Notes under the pieces: model-generated
The model's input: the letters and a program-made list of their open reading frames with translations, nothing else
The model's database searches: none
What the model was told of the DNA's origin: nothing
Shown: positions 10,010 to 20,168 of the stretch, in pieces
Layout of the letters: each line of letters begins with the position of its first letter
How positions within the stretch are numbered: the stretch's first letter is position 1
Assembly: GCA_035275065.1 (NCBI GenBank)
Contig: DATENM010000129.1
Coordinates: 13,409-77,408, forward strand
Reading direction: 5' to 3'
DNA: 64,000 nucleotides
Source of the DNA: Blastocatellia bacterium
GTDB taxonomy: Bacteria > Acidobacteriota > Blastocatellia > UBA7656
Position numbers and translations under genes: made by a program

Positions 10010-11131
10010 TCAGTCGGCGACGTGAACCTTGACCCATTCGGGATGGCGTTGAACTCTGAGCCAGTCCGAGGTCGTGTATTTCACCCAGTCCGCGCCGACC
10101 GGCTGGCTCAGGTCGTGTTTGAAGATGATGAAATCGCCGGAGCGTTTGACTTGCCGGAAGCCGGCGAGCTTGAAGGTCAACAGCATCATGCGGTTCCTCT
10201 GGTTGGCGAGAAATTCGGCCTGTAAGCGGACGCCCGCCGCACGGGCGAGCTGAAGCAAGTGGTTCATCATGATGGTTCCGACGCCAAACGACATCACGCG
10301 GCAGGACATCAGGAAGAGCTTGATCGTCCAGAGGTCGTGCCCCTTCTCGACCAGCGTCAGGCCGATCTTCCCATAGTCTCCGAAGTGATCTTTGAGGCTC
10401 GCGACCAGGAAGAGGTGGTCGGCGGATTGGCGCAGGGCGTTCAACTCATCGGGCGAGTAAACATAGCCGGTGGTGTTGAGCTGGTGCGTCCGCAGGGTCA
10501 ATTCTTCGGCGCGCTGCAAATCCTCCGCCTGGAGGGTGCCGATAGTGAACTCCAGGCCGAGGGTAGCGAGAAACTCTTCGCTCGGCCCGACGAACTGTTC
10601 CTCGGCCAGCTTGCGCCGCGCCGCGGCGCGGTACATCTCGCGGCGGCGGGCGGCGTCTTCGGTGACCAGGCGCGGCGAGAACTCCGGCCTCTGCGTCAGG
10701 GTCGCCAACTCGCTGGCCGCCAGCGTCATCACTTCGGGGAGGGCGTGTTTCACCTCTTCGCGCTCGTAGGCTTCGTCGTCAATGAAAGCCACCGCATCGA
10801 GACCGATGTTAATGGAGCCGGCGATTGAGCGGATGCTGGACGACTTCGCGTTCCAGTTCACCTGGGGGTAGAGGAAGTACTCATCCAGCCCCGCCTCTTT
10901 CAGCTTTGCCATGGCCTGCTCATGGTCGTTCTTGCTGGCAATTGAGTGCAGAATGCCGCGCTGGTCCAGGGCCTTGAGCGTCTGGTGTACGCCGTCCCGC
11001 ACCTGCACGCCGTCGCCCTCAAGCAGGGTGCCCTGCCAGATCGTATTATCAAGATCCCAGACCAGAAGCTTGATCAGCCGTGCGGTTGTTTCCTGTCCGT
11101 CTTTCGAGGTGGAAGGCAGAGCTATTGACAC
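10010..11131 (-). CDS. FkbH-like HAD-IIIC phosphatase / glyceryl-loading family protein (stand-alone)
   Basis: LIKLLVWDLDNTIWQG is the HAD motif I (DxDNT) typical of FkbH-like domains. The C-terminal GNAT-like half is as in FkbH. The track ORF begins at GTG 11233. An internal GTG at 11131 preceded by GAAGGAG (spacing 5) gives a typical ~19 aa lead before the DLDNT motif, so the start is uncertain (11131 vs 11233). Confidence 0.7.
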   Translation of the reverse strand: MSIALPSTSKDGQETTARLIKLLVWDLDNTIWQGTLLEGDGVQVRDGVHQTLKALDQRGILHSIASKNDHEQAMAKLKEAGLDEYFLYPQVNWNAKSSSIRSIAGSINIGLDAVAFIDDEAYEREEVKHALPEVMTLAASELATLTQRPEFSPRLVTEDAARRREMYRAAARRKLAEEQFVGPSEEFLATLGLEFTIGTLQAEDLQRAEELTLRTHQLNTTGYVYSPDELNALRQSADHLFLVASLKDHFGDYGKIGLTLVEKGHDLWTIKLFLMSCRVMSFGVGTIMMNHLLQLARAAGVRLQAEFLANQRNRMMLLTFKLAGFRQVKRSGDFIIFKHDLSQPVGADWVKYTTSDWLRVQRHPEWVKVHVAD

Positions 11132-11316
11132 AGGAACTCCTTCGGATGGGTGTAGTGCTCGCGGGAGGGTTGAGCGCCCGTCTTGCCCGGCGGCTCTTCG
11201 GTCCTGGGCTAACAAGATTGGGCGAAGTGGCACAGGCTACAAAGGCATTTCTGCGCTGACGCCGATGGTTCTCCATGCCACTCCGGTCTTTTATCCCAAT
11301 CTTGCGTCCTCTCAAT

Positions 11317-14300
11317 TTAACTTGAGACGACACGACGCCGGACTTGCTTCAACTGCTGATGAAGCGCGCTTTCGTATTTCGCCGCCACGCGGCTCTGGTA
11401 ATGCCTGCCGGCCATTCGCAGGTGCTCATCGAGCGCCCGCAAGCTGAGGCCCGGCTGCCTCGTCGCCCTTTCAAGGACCGCTCGAAAGGACTCGCATAGA
11501 TCGGCTATAGTGCCGGCTTCAAACAGGTCGCCGTTATACTCGAAGTTGCCGCTGATGCCCGCCGCGCCATCTACGAAGTGGACGGCCAGATCGACTTTGG
11601 CGGCCTGCGAAACCGTCTCGAGCGGAGTCAGCGTGGCGGCGGGCAGTTTCACGGTCGGCAAAGCGCCGGCGTGCAGACCGAACCAGACGCGGTACAAGGG
11701 AGAATGGTTGACCGTGCGTTCCGGCGCAATGGCCGCCACCAGCCGCTCGAATGGCAGGTCCTGGTGAGCGTATGCCTGTAGGGCCACGTCGCGGACGCGC
11801 CCGAGGAGTTGGCGGAAGGTCGGGTTGCCGGACAGATCGACCCGCAAGACCAACGTGTTGACGAAGAAACCGATGAGCCGCTCGAACTCGGCGCGGTTGC
11901 GCCCTGCGATGGGCGACCCGACCGTGATGTCGCTCTGCGCCGTGTAGTGGTGGAGCACCACAGAGAACCCCGCCAGCAGGGCCATAAACAGTGTGCTTCC
12001 CTCTTTCCGGGCGAGCCTTCTGATTTCGTCTGAGAGTTCTTTCGTGAGAGTCAGTTTTTCAAACGCCGCGGGGCTTACACTCCGCCGCGGGCGCGGCCTG
12101 TCGGCGGGCAGTTCAAGCTCGGCAGCCGGCCTGGCAAACTGCTGCTGCCAGTACGCAAGCTGGCTTCGCAGAAGGTCGCCTCGCAATTGCCGGCGCTGCC
12201 ACAGGGCGAAATCCGCGTACTGAACCGGCAGCGGCGCTAGCGGCGAGGCGTTGCCCGCCAGATAGGCCCGGTAAAGGGCAGCCAACTCGTCCAGCAAAAC
12301 TCCGAGCGACCACGCATCACTGATAATGTGGTGCAGCGTCAGCAGCAACAGGCTCTCGTCGGCTGACGAGCGCAGCAGGCGCACGCGTAGCAGTGGCCCC
12401 TGCTTGAGGTCGAAAGGGCGTCGAGCTTCTGCCGCCGCCAGCTCGTCAGCCTTGCCGGCTGCCACGCTTCCCATATCAACCAGCGGCAGCCCGATTTGCG
12501 CCGCCGGCTGTATGACCTGCGCGAGCTGGCCCTGGCGTTCTCTAAAAACGGTTCGCAAGGCGCTGTGGCGGAAGGCAATCTCTCTGACCGCCTGCTCCAG
12601 CGCAAAGCGATTCAGAGAGCCGACCAGGCGAAACGCAACCGCGATATTGTAGGCCGGATTGCCCGGCGTCAACTGGTCCAGGAACCACAACCGCTGCTGA
12701 CCGAACGAGGGCGGAAAGTCCGCCTCCTCGTTGGCCGGAGCGGCCGGCTCTGAAGGCGGCTCATCAACCGGCCTCGTCAGCTCGGCGGCTGCCAGCAGGG
12801 CGAGCCTGGAGATACTTTCCTCCTGCAAAAAGGCCGACATGGGCAAGAAAATCTTCAACCCCGTCTCGATCTCATTTTGCAGTTCCATCGCCTTCAGCGA
12901 ATCCACTCCGAGCCGCATCAGCGGTTGCTGCAAAGGCAACTGGCCGGGCGCCAGTCCCAGCAGCCGTGCCACTACACTTTGCAGGTGGCGCTCCAGCCGC
13001 AGCCGCCGTTGAGGTTCCGAATCAAGGGCCAGCAACTCTTCACGGGAGACCGTCGGCTGATCTGATTCGACAGGCAGGTCGCCCGGCTCTGTGACCAGGC
13101 TCGATTCAATCGCGTTTAGTGCGCCGGCCAAGAACGCTTCGCGGCAGGCCGAGCGCTGCACTTTGCCGCTCGAAGTCTTGGGCACGCTGCCCGGTTTGCT
13201 TAAAACGACCGCGTGCGCCTGGACCTCATGCGCTTCGGTCACTGCCCCGCGGATGGCCTCGGCGACCTCGTGCAAGTCCGCTTCCTGATACTGCCGCTCG
13301 ATCTCTTGAACGATGACCAGTCGCTCTTCGCCGCCGACCTCCACGGAGAAAGCGGCGCCGCCGCCGGGCCGCGCCGCCGGATGACAACGCTCGACGGTGA
13401 ATTCAATGTCCTGCGGATAATGATTGCGACCGCGAATGATGATCAGGTCTTTCGAGCGCCCGGTCACGTACAACTCGCCATCCTCGATGACGCCCAGATC
13501 GCCGGTGCGCAGGAAAGGGCCTGCGCCGCTGTCGGCCAGATAAGCCTTGAAGGTGCGACGCGATTCGTCAGGCAGGTTCCAGTAGCCGGCGGCGACGCTC
13601 GCCCCCGCGACCCAGACCTCGCCGACGTGGCCGGTCGGACATTCCGTCAGAGACAGTGGATCGACGATCCTGATTCGCCCGCCCGCGCCGCTCTCCCCGC
13701 AACTCACCAGATGGCGCGCGTCGGCGTCTTCAGCCGCCGCCGGCTCCAGGCGGTTTCGTTTGAGGGCTTCGCCACGGACCGATTTAATCGTCGGCCCGCC
13801 CCCGCTCTGACTGCCTGAAACGAACAGGGTGGCCTCGGCCAACCCGTAGCAGGGGTGAAAGGCCGTGGGGCGGAATCCGCAGGGCGAAAAGGCGGCGGCG
13901 AACTGGTCGAGCGTCTGTTTGCGTATCGGCTCGGCCCCGCAGTAGGCCGTCTCCCAGGTGCTCAAGTCAATGGCTTCGCGTTGCTCGGCGCTGACCTTAC
14001 GCGAGCACAGGGCGTAGGCGAAATCCGGCCCGCCGCTGGTCGTCGCCCGGTAGCGCGATATGGTTTCGAGCCACGCCGAGGGGTTTTGCAGAAAGGTCGT
14101 CGGCGACAACAGGATGCAGCGCGCGCCGGCGTATAGCGTTTGCAGCACGCTGCCGATCAGTCCCATGTCATGGAATAGCGGCAGCCAGCAGACGATGATT
14201 GACGCTTCAGTCTGTCGAAAGGCGTGCTTAATCAGGCGCTCGTTGTCGAGCAGGTTCTCATGCGTCACCATCACGCCTTTCGGCGTTGCCGTCGAGCCTG

Positions 14301-14847
14301 ACGTATACTGGAGGAAGGCCAGTGTATGTCCGGCCACAGAAGGCCGCCGCCAGGTGTCCGCCCATTCGTCTTCAATGGCATCGACGGCGCAGATCGCCGC
14401 CTTCCGTCCTGCCCCCGCCTCGCGCAGCCACTGTATCTGCGGCAGCAGGCGGCTGGCGGTGAGAATGATCGCCGGCGACGCGTTTTCGATGATGGCTTCG
14501 ATGCGGCCAAGGCGCCGGTTGGAGCGCGGCGGGTAGGCGGGAACGGCCACCGCCCTGGCATAGAGGCAGCCGAAGAAGGCCGCGATGTAATCAATGCCGG
14601 ACGGAAAGAGCAGTAAGACGCGCTCATCGGCGGCCCTGCGGGATTGCAGCCATGCGCCGATGGCCCGCGCCCGCCGGTCCAGCTCGCTGTAGGTCATGCA
14701 GGCTGCCGGCGTCCTCGCATCGGCGAGGAAGGTGTAGCCCGCTCGCTCGGCCTGCGCCGCGGCCCTGTGGCGTAGCAGCTCGACGAGGTTGAGCGGCTCA
14801 AGGTCCGGCACCAACCGGCGGTCTGACGTGGACACCGTGTTCTTCAT
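11317..14847 (-). CDS. Lipoinitiation protein: fatty acyl-AMP ligase (FAAL) - ACP - condensation domain
   Basis: 1176 aa. FAAL N-terminus (TYSELDRRARAIGAWL, FLQYTSGSTATPKGVMVTHENLL, insertion-containing FadD32-like pattern). Carrier domain LMRLGVDSLKAMEL. C domain with HHIISDAWS plus C1/C4 motifs (QQRLWFLDQL, YADFALWQ). Confidence 0.85.
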   Translation of the reverse strand: MKNTVSTSDRRLVPDLEPLNLVELLRHRAAAQAERAGYTFLADARTPAACMTYSELDRRARAIGAWLQSRRAADERVLLLFPSGIDYIAAFFGCLYARAVAVPAYPPRSNRRLGRIEAIIENASPAIILTASRLLPQIQWLREAGAGRKAAICAVDAIEDEWADTWRRPSVAGHTLAFLQYTSGSTATPKGVMVTHENLLDNERLIKHAFRQTEASIIVCWLPLFHDMGLIGSVLQTLYAGARCILLSPTTFLQNPSAWLETISRYRATTSGGPDFAYALCSRKVSAEQREAIDLSTWETAYCGAEPIRKQTLDQFAAAFSPCGFRPTAFHPCYGLAEATLFVSGSQSGGGPTIKSVRGEALKRNRLEPAAAEDADARHLVSCGESGAGGRIRIVDPLSLTECPTGHVGEVWVAGASVAAGYWNLPDESRRTFKAYLADSGAGPFLRTGDLGVIEDGELYVTGRSKDLIIIRGRNHYPQDIEFTVERCHPAARPGGGAAFSVEVGGEERLVIVQEIERQYQEADLHEVAEAIRGAVTEAHEVQAHAVVLSKPGSVPKTSSGKVQRSACREAFLAGALNAIESSLVTEPGDLPVESDQPTVSREELLALDSEPQRRLRLERHLQSVVARLLGLAPGQLPLQQPLMRLGVDSLKAMELQNEIETGLKIFLPMSAFLQEESISRLALLAAAELTRPVDEPPSEPAAPANEEADFPPSFGQQRLWFLDQLTPGNPAYNIAVAFRLVGSLNRFALEQAVREIAFRHSALRTVFRERQGQLAQVIQPAAQIGLPLVDMGSVAAGKADELAAAEARRPFDLKQGPLLRVRLLRSSADESLLLLTLHHIISDAWSLGVLLDELAALYRAYLAGNASPLAPLPVQYADFALWQRRQLRGDLLRSQLAYWQQQFARPAAELELPADRPRPRRSVSPAAFEKLTLTKELSDEIRRLARKEGSTLFMALLAGFSVVLHHYTAQSDITVGSPIAGRNRAEFERLIGFFVNTLVLRVDLSGNPTFRQLLGRVRDVALQAYAHQDLPFERLVAAIAPERTVNHSPLYRVWFGLHAGALPTVKLPAATLTPLETVSQAAKVDLAVHFVDGAAGISGNFEYNGDLFEAGTIADLCESFRAVLERATRQPGLSLRALDEHLRMAGRHYQSRVAAKYESALHQQLKQVRRRVVSS

Positions 14848-14872
14848 CTGCGTAGAAGGAGGGCCGGGCTGT

Positions 14873-16870
14873 TTATCGGCGCGCCGGCGGGCTCAGCTTG
14901 ACGACCCGTTTGGTCCACAAGCGGATGATCTCGTCAACCTGCGCCTTTTTGCCGTCGCCGCTGCCGTGGCGGTCGAGTAGCCTGCCCAGGCTGGCCTTGC
15001 CATCGGCGCTCGACAGCACGGAGAAGACTTCGGGGCTGACTTCAATCTGAAAGCGTTGATCGTAGGTGTTGCTGATCTTGCAAGCCGTGCGCGTCTGGTT
15101 ACTGGAGACATAGCCTTTGACCTGCTGCATGCGGGTGTACAACGGCATGGAAGGGATCATATCCAGGTAGGCTAGATAGTCATGCTCTCGTCTGCGCACC
15201 AGATAATTCCCCACGACCAGGTAATGCAGGCTCGTCGTCAGAAAGCAGACCACGGCGTCCTGGGCGGAATCGACAATCGGCTCGACGTTGTTATTGAAGG
15301 ACGTGTTGAGGAGCACGGGGACGCCGGTGAGTTTGCCGAACTCGTTGATCAAGTTCCAGAACGGCTCGTTAGTCGCTTTGGAGACCGTGTGGACTCTGGC
15401 GCTGCCATCAACATGGGTGACGGCCCCGAGCAGCGCCTGTTTGTCTTTCCGCACACGCACCACAAAGACCATGAAGGGGAGGCGCGCCTGGCCGGCGGGC
15501 AAGTCAAAGTAATCGCCGGCGCACTCTTCCAGGACCGAGGGCGCAAAGGGCCTGAAGCCTTCACGCTTCTTGACCATCGCGTTGATAATGTCTTTGTTTT
15601 GAGCCGGCCTCGGGTCGGCCACGATGCTGCGGTTGCCGAGCGCACGCGGGCCAAATTCCGAACGGCCTTGAACCCACCCGATGATCGCGCCGTCGGCGAG
15701 CAGCGCCGCCGCGCGCGCGGCTATATGATCGACGCGCTCGTACTCGATCAATCGCCGCCAGGGCCATAACGTCGCGGCGATGAGCGCGTCGTCGCCGACG
15801 TCGGTTCCCAGGTAAACATGCTCCAGGCGGCGTGCCTTACCGGCCGGGTGGTTTTCGCGGTAGACCTGTAAGGCGGCGCCGATGGCCGTGCCCGCGTCGT
15901 GCGCCGCCGGCTGCACGAAGACATCCGAAAACAGGCCCGAATAAAGAATCTTCCCATTCAGCGAGCAGTTGTGCGCGACCCCGCCGGCCAGGCAGAGATT
16001 GCGCTGGCCGGTCTTTCTCCTGAAGTATCTCAGCAAGTGCAGGACGATCTCTTCCAGAGACTCCTGCAAAGCCGCCGCCACGTCCATGTGGAGCTGGGTG
16101 ATCGCCTCGGCCTTCTTGCGCGGCGGCACCACGTCGTACAGGGCCTCCAAACGCTCCTTATGCAGGGCGTAGCCGCCGTTCGGCATCAGGCTGTAAAAGG
16201 TCTTGAACAGGTCACGAAACCTGCCGGGGTCGCCGTAAGGGGCCAGCCCCATCACCTTGTACTCCTCAAACTCTTCAAACCCCAGATACCGGATGACGTC
16301 ATCATAAAACCAGCCGAGGGATTTCGACGTCGGGATGGTGTTGATGACCGACAGGTGCGGGCCTTCTGCCTGCAAGAGCATGCCGGCTATCCCATCGCCG
16401 TGGCCGTCAATCGTGAGGATCAGGCTCTGCTCGAACCCCGACAGCGCAAAGGCGCTGACGGCGTGGGCCATATGATGATGGACGAAGGTCATTTTATCGT
16501 CGGCGATTGTGAAACCCAGTTCCTCGTTGAATATGCGCCGGATTAACCCCCTGGCGTCGGTAAAGTCCGACTGGCGGTGGTGCAAGTGATGGCGCTTGAG
16601 GAAGCCATTCAGGAACCCTTCCGTGCCGAAGAAGGCGACCCGGTCCACGTCATTGAGGCTGACTTTCGCACTGTCGAGGCAGAAGCGTATGGCCGCCGCC
16701 GGGGCCTTATTCGTATGCTTGATTCGATTGAGCCGCTCCTCTTCGATGGCGGCAACGATTCTGCCGTCATCAACCAGGGCGGCGGCGGCATCGTGGAATG
16801 AACCTCGACTGACCGGGTAGTGATCTTCGTAGACGAGATTCATGCCGCCCGAAATTCCCAAGACTAGCAT
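14873..16870 (-). CDS. NodU/CmcH-family carbamoyltransferase (paralog 1)
   Basis: MLVLGISGGMNLVYEDHYP...AAALVDDGRIVAAIEEERLNRIKH N-terminus and the VHHHMAHAVSAF metal-binding motif (Kae1-like domain) plus a YrdC-like C-terminal half. Start taken at the internal ATG (MLVLGIS, RBS GAGAGGAA), since the track ORF begins at TTG 16951. Confidence 0.8.
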   Translation of the reverse strand: MLVLGISGGMNLVYEDHYPVSRGSFHDAAAALVDDGRIVAAIEEERLNRIKHTNKAPAAAIRFCLDSAKVSLNDVDRVAFFGTEGFLNGFLKRHHLHHRQSDFTDARGLIRRIFNEELGFTIADDKMTFVHHHMAHAVSAFALSGFEQSLILTIDGHGDGIAGMLLQAEGPHLSVINTIPTSKSLGWFYDDVIRYLGFEEFEEYKVMGLAPYGDPGRFRDLFKTFYSLMPNGGYALHKERLEALYDVVPPRKKAEAITQLHMDVAAALQESLEEIVLHLLRYFRRKTGQRNLCLAGGVAHNCSLNGKILYSGLFSDVFVQPAAHDAGTAIGAALQVYRENHPAGKARRLEHVYLGTDVGDDALIAATLWPWRRLIEYERVDHIAARAAALLADGAIIGWVQGRSEFGPRALGNRSIVADPRPAQNKDIINAMVKKREGFRPFAPSVLEECAGDYFDLPAGQARLPFMVFVVRVRKDKQALLGAVTHVDGSARVHTVSKATNEPFWNLINEFGKLTGVPVLLNTSFNNNVEPIVDSAQDAVVCFLTTSLHYLVVGNYLVRRREHDYLAYLDMIPSMPLYTRMQQVKGYVSSNQTRTACKISNTYDQRFQIEVSPEVFSVLSSADGKASLGRLLDRHGSGDGKKAQVDEIIRLWTKRVVKLSPPARR

Positions 16871-17135
16871 GTGGATTCCTCTCGCTTGCCCGCTATTCGC
16901 GCCGTCTGAATCAGGGTAGGCTTGCCGGGCGAGACTGGGGCACCGGCCCAACAGGCCGATGGCCTGCCGCCGAAACGGTCGCGGTCGGCACGGGTGGTCT
17001 GACTGTCAATGTCGGCCCGCCCGTGCCCTGCTCCCGTGAGTCAAACGGCGTGAGCCAGGGCCGGACACGTTACAGCCCCGTAGGGCGGCCCCGATGCGCC
17101 CCACAGTCTCGCGCGGGGCCGGTGGCGTGCCGCCT

Positions 17136-17603
17136 TTACGGGTAGTCGGTCAGTTCGGTGAACGGCAGGCCGCAAGGGTAGAAAAGGTTGAAAATGGGCT
17201 GATCGACGGCCTCGGCGAAGCGCAGCGTCAACGGCGCGTACTGCTCCAGCGGGCTAACGCCACTCTCGACGGCGGCGAGTTGCTCGACCGGCCAGCCCAG
17301 TTGCGTGGCCAGGGTCTCGCGGCTCAGGCCGCGACTCTCTCTGTGCGCGCGGATCAGCCGCCCGCATTGGCCGTCCTCTTGTGCGGCTTGCGCCGACTTG
17401 CCCGTTTCGCTGATCAAGCGCGAGGTCGGGGTCGCCAGCTTGATGGCGATCTCGGCCAGTTTCGGCGCCCAGTCTTCAATCGGCGACGACCCGCCTTCCA
17501 CCTCCGTGTAGGCGGTCGCCGTCAGGCCGAGTCTTGCCGCCGCATCATCGACCGTCAGTCTCTTGCGCTCACGCTCTTTTTTAAATACATCGCCAAGCTT
17601 CAT
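17136..17603 (-). CDS. Tandem XRE-family helix-turn-helix transcriptional regulator
   Basis: 155 aa with two HTH_XRE-like units (LTVDDAAARLGLTATAYTEVEGG and LSRETLATQLGWPVEQLAAVESG), sitting between the two carbamoyltransferase genes. Confidence 0.6.
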   Translation of the reverse strand: MKLGDVFKKERERKRLTVDDAAARLGLTATAYTEVEGGSSPIEDWAPKLAEIAIKLATPTSRLISETGKSAQAAQEDGQCGRLIRAHRESRGLSRETLATQLGWPVEQLAAVESGVSPLEQYAPLTLRFAEAVDQPIFNLFYPCGLPFTELTDYP

Positions 17604-17614
17604 GTCTCTCCCTC

Positions 17615-20098
17615 CTAATCATCAGTGACGCCGGCCACAATGGTCATCAAAGGAGCTGCCGACGTATTCAGCCCGCCCTGATGCGGATAAATTCCCGCCC
17701 CGCCATCTCCGCCTTCCGGCGAGGCGCGATCTAGCTTTTCCAGCACGACGACTTCATTCGGCAGCGTGACGACGGCGGCGCTGACCGCTCCCGAGCTGCC
17801 GGTCTTGAACTCGACGGCGTACCCGGGAAGCCGCTTGAGATAGAACTCCGTCGCCGAGGTCCTGACCAGTGCGAAAGGCGGTTGACCGGGCGTCGAAACG
17901 GCCAGGCGGTCGCCTTCCAGACTGACCGTCATCAGCTTGTCAAGCGTCCTGTAGGTGCCGACGAAGGGCTCGCCAGAGGCCGCCAGGTTATCGCCCGCGA
18001 CCGGCGCGCGAAAGAAGACCTGGCGGTTGCCGAGGCGATTGCCCTGAAACAGCGCCAGCACATTGACGCGCCCTCTGCGATCCGGCAGAAAGGCGAACTG
18101 GTAGCCCGACATGGTGCCGCCGGCCACCTCGAACAGGTCGCCGTGGCGGCGCTTGAGCGGCGAAGAGATCTTCGACCTGATAGCCGCCCCGCTCCCCAGG
18201 GTCGCCCGCAACCCATCCTTTTGCATTTCGACGACCACGCGGCCATGGCGTTCATGCTCAAAGGTGCCGACATAGCCGTGCAGTGATCGCTCGCGGACAG
18301 GCTCATCGCCTTCCGGCCCTCGTTTTTCGCCCGCTGCCGCTTGCAGGGTTTCACTGATCTGGCGCGTCAGGCGCTCAGGCCAGGCCACCTCCTGGCGCTC
18401 AAACAGGATCTCCCGCCGCTTCGTCACGGTCTGGTTTTCCAGCACGCAGAAGTCGATTCCCGTCGATAGCAGCGTGTTCAGCGCGTCTTGCGGGGTCTCG
18501 ACAATCGGTTCGCCGGCAACATTGAAGGAGGTGTTCAGAATGATCGGCACCCCCGTCTTTTCGTAGAACCGTTTCGCCAACTGATACAGCGAGCCGTTGG
18601 CCTCGCGTGTGACGGTCTGTAAACGGCCAGTGCCATCGACATGCACGACCCCCGGAACCTGCGCCTGCTTGTCGTCATGGAATTTGCAGATGCGCAGCAT
18701 GAAAGGGCTGTGCGGGCATGCGCCGTCCAGGTCAAACCACTCCCTGACGTTCTCCAGCAACACGACCGGAGCAAAGGGGCGAAACGATTCGCGGTGCTTG
18801 ACCTGATGATTCAAGACGTCTTTGGCTTCGGGCCGGCGGGCATCGCAAAGTATGCTACGCTGCCCTAGCGACCGCGGGCCGAGTTCGGAGCGGCCTTCGA
18901 ACCAGCCGACGATCTTCCCCTCGCACAAGCGGTCGATGGTCTCGGCAATGGGGTCTTCGCAATCCAGCGGCTCGACCGCCGGCGTCTCGGCGATGGCCGC
19001 GCGTATTTGCGCCTGCGTGTAGGGCCGACCGACCGCATCGTGGACCAGCCGCTTGCGCGTGTTGTTTTTCGTCAGGTGCCACAGGCCGTAGTAAGCCGCG
19101 CCGATGGCCGTGCCGCTGTCCTCGGCTGCCGGAATGATGTACACATTCTTGAATGGCGACTCGCGCACGATCCTCTCGTTGGCGACGCTGTTGAGCGCCA
19201 CGCCGCCCGCGTAGCACAGGTTGTCGTTCGGGCAGAGTTCGTAGAGGCGCTCAGTGAGCCGCAGCACCGCCTCCTCCAGCGCCGCCTGCACCGACGCCGA
19301 CAGGTTGGCGTAAGCTTCTTGCCGCAAGGGCCAGCGGTCATCATGGCGGAAGCGTTTCGTCACCTCGTCGTGGAAAAGGAAACGGCCATCCTCAATGTGG
19401 AAAAATTCTTCGGCGGCGATCTCCGGCTTGCCATAAGGGGCTAGTCCCATGACTTTGCCGGCCTCGTGGAGGTCTCCGAAGATCTGATGAGCGACCGCCG
19501 CGTACATGCCGCCGAGGCTGCCGAAGGTCCGCATCCCGCTCGGCTCTTTGCCGACCCAGGCGAAGTCTTCGACCAGATGTTTCTCAAGCGGCTTGATGGC
19601 GGTGCCGGCGGCGGCGTAGAGCGAGATGGTTTCCCAGCCATCTGCCACGGGCCAGCGGCAGGCCGCCTGCTCTTCCGCCGTGAAATCTTCAAAGGGTGAG
19701 CCAACGCCGTCGAGAACCAGGACCGCCGCCTCGGCAAAGCCAGAGGTGGCGAAGGCGCTGAAGGCGTGACCATAGTGATGCGGGATATAGATCACAGGCG
19801 TCTGGTGCGCGCGGGTCCGCAGGGCCGGGTTCAACGACAGGTCCTGCTCGGAGACCTTCGCGCGGTTGGTCACGCAACTGACGACGAGGCTGAGGTCGCC
19901 CGGCCCGATGCCGGCGTAGTCAAGGCAGTATTCAATGGCGAGCGAGGGGTAAGCCCCATAGATGGCGGCCCGCTTGATGCGATTGAGCCGCTCCTCCTGA
20001 ACCGCCGCCACGATCTCGTCGCCCTTTAGCAGGCAGGCCGCGCCGTTGTGCGGCGACGCGCTGATGCCGAGAACCCACAAGTTGTTTTCGCTGGTCAT
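17615..20098 (-). CDS. NodU/CmcH-family carbamoyltransferase (paralog 2) with ~270 aa C-terminal extension of unknown function
   Basis: LWVLGISASPHNGAACLL...VAAVQEERLNRIKR, IYIPHHYGHAFSAF. Residues ~560-827 have no counterpart in paralog 1 and no motif I recognise. Confidence 0.8.
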   Translation of the reverse strand: MTSENNLWVLGISASPHNGAACLLKGDEIVAAVQEERLNRIKRAAIYGAYPSLAIEYCLDYAGIGPGDLSLVVSCVTNRAKVSEQDLSLNPALRTRAHQTPVIYIPHHYGHAFSAFATSGFAEAAVLVLDGVGSPFEDFTAEEQAACRWPVADGWETISLYAAAGTAIKPLEKHLVEDFAWVGKEPSGMRTFGSLGGMYAAVAHQIFGDLHEAGKVMGLAPYGKPEIAAEEFFHIEDGRFLFHDEVTKRFRHDDRWPLRQEAYANLSASVQAALEEAVLRLTERLYELCPNDNLCYAGGVALNSVANERIVRESPFKNVYIIPAAEDSGTAIGAAYYGLWHLTKNNTRKRLVHDAVGRPYTQAQIRAAIAETPAVEPLDCEDPIAETIDRLCEGKIVGWFEGRSELGPRSLGQRSILCDARRPEAKDVLNHQVKHRESFRPFAPVVLLENVREWFDLDGACPHSPFMLRICKFHDDKQAQVPGVVHVDGTGRLQTVTREANGSLYQLAKRFYEKTGVPIILNTSFNVAGEPIVETPQDALNTLLSTGIDFCVLENQTVTKRREILFERQEVAWPERLTRQISETLQAAAGEKRGPEGDEPVRERSLHGYVGTFEHERHGRVVVEMQKDGLRATLGSGAAIRSKISSPLKRRHGDLFEVAGGTMSGYQFAFLPDRRGRVNVLALFQGNRLGNRQVFFRAPVAGDNLAASGEPFVGTYRTLDKLMTVSLEGDRLAVSTPGQPPFALVRTSATEFYLKRLPGYAVEFKTGSSGAVSAAVVTLPNEVVVLEKLDRASPEGGDGGAGIYPHQGGLNTSAAPLMTIVAGVTDD

Positions 20099-20168
20099 TG
20101 CGCTCTCTCTCGTCGGAGGTCAGGGCGCGGGCTTTGCGCCCGCGCCGGATGTCGGACACGATTCCGCT

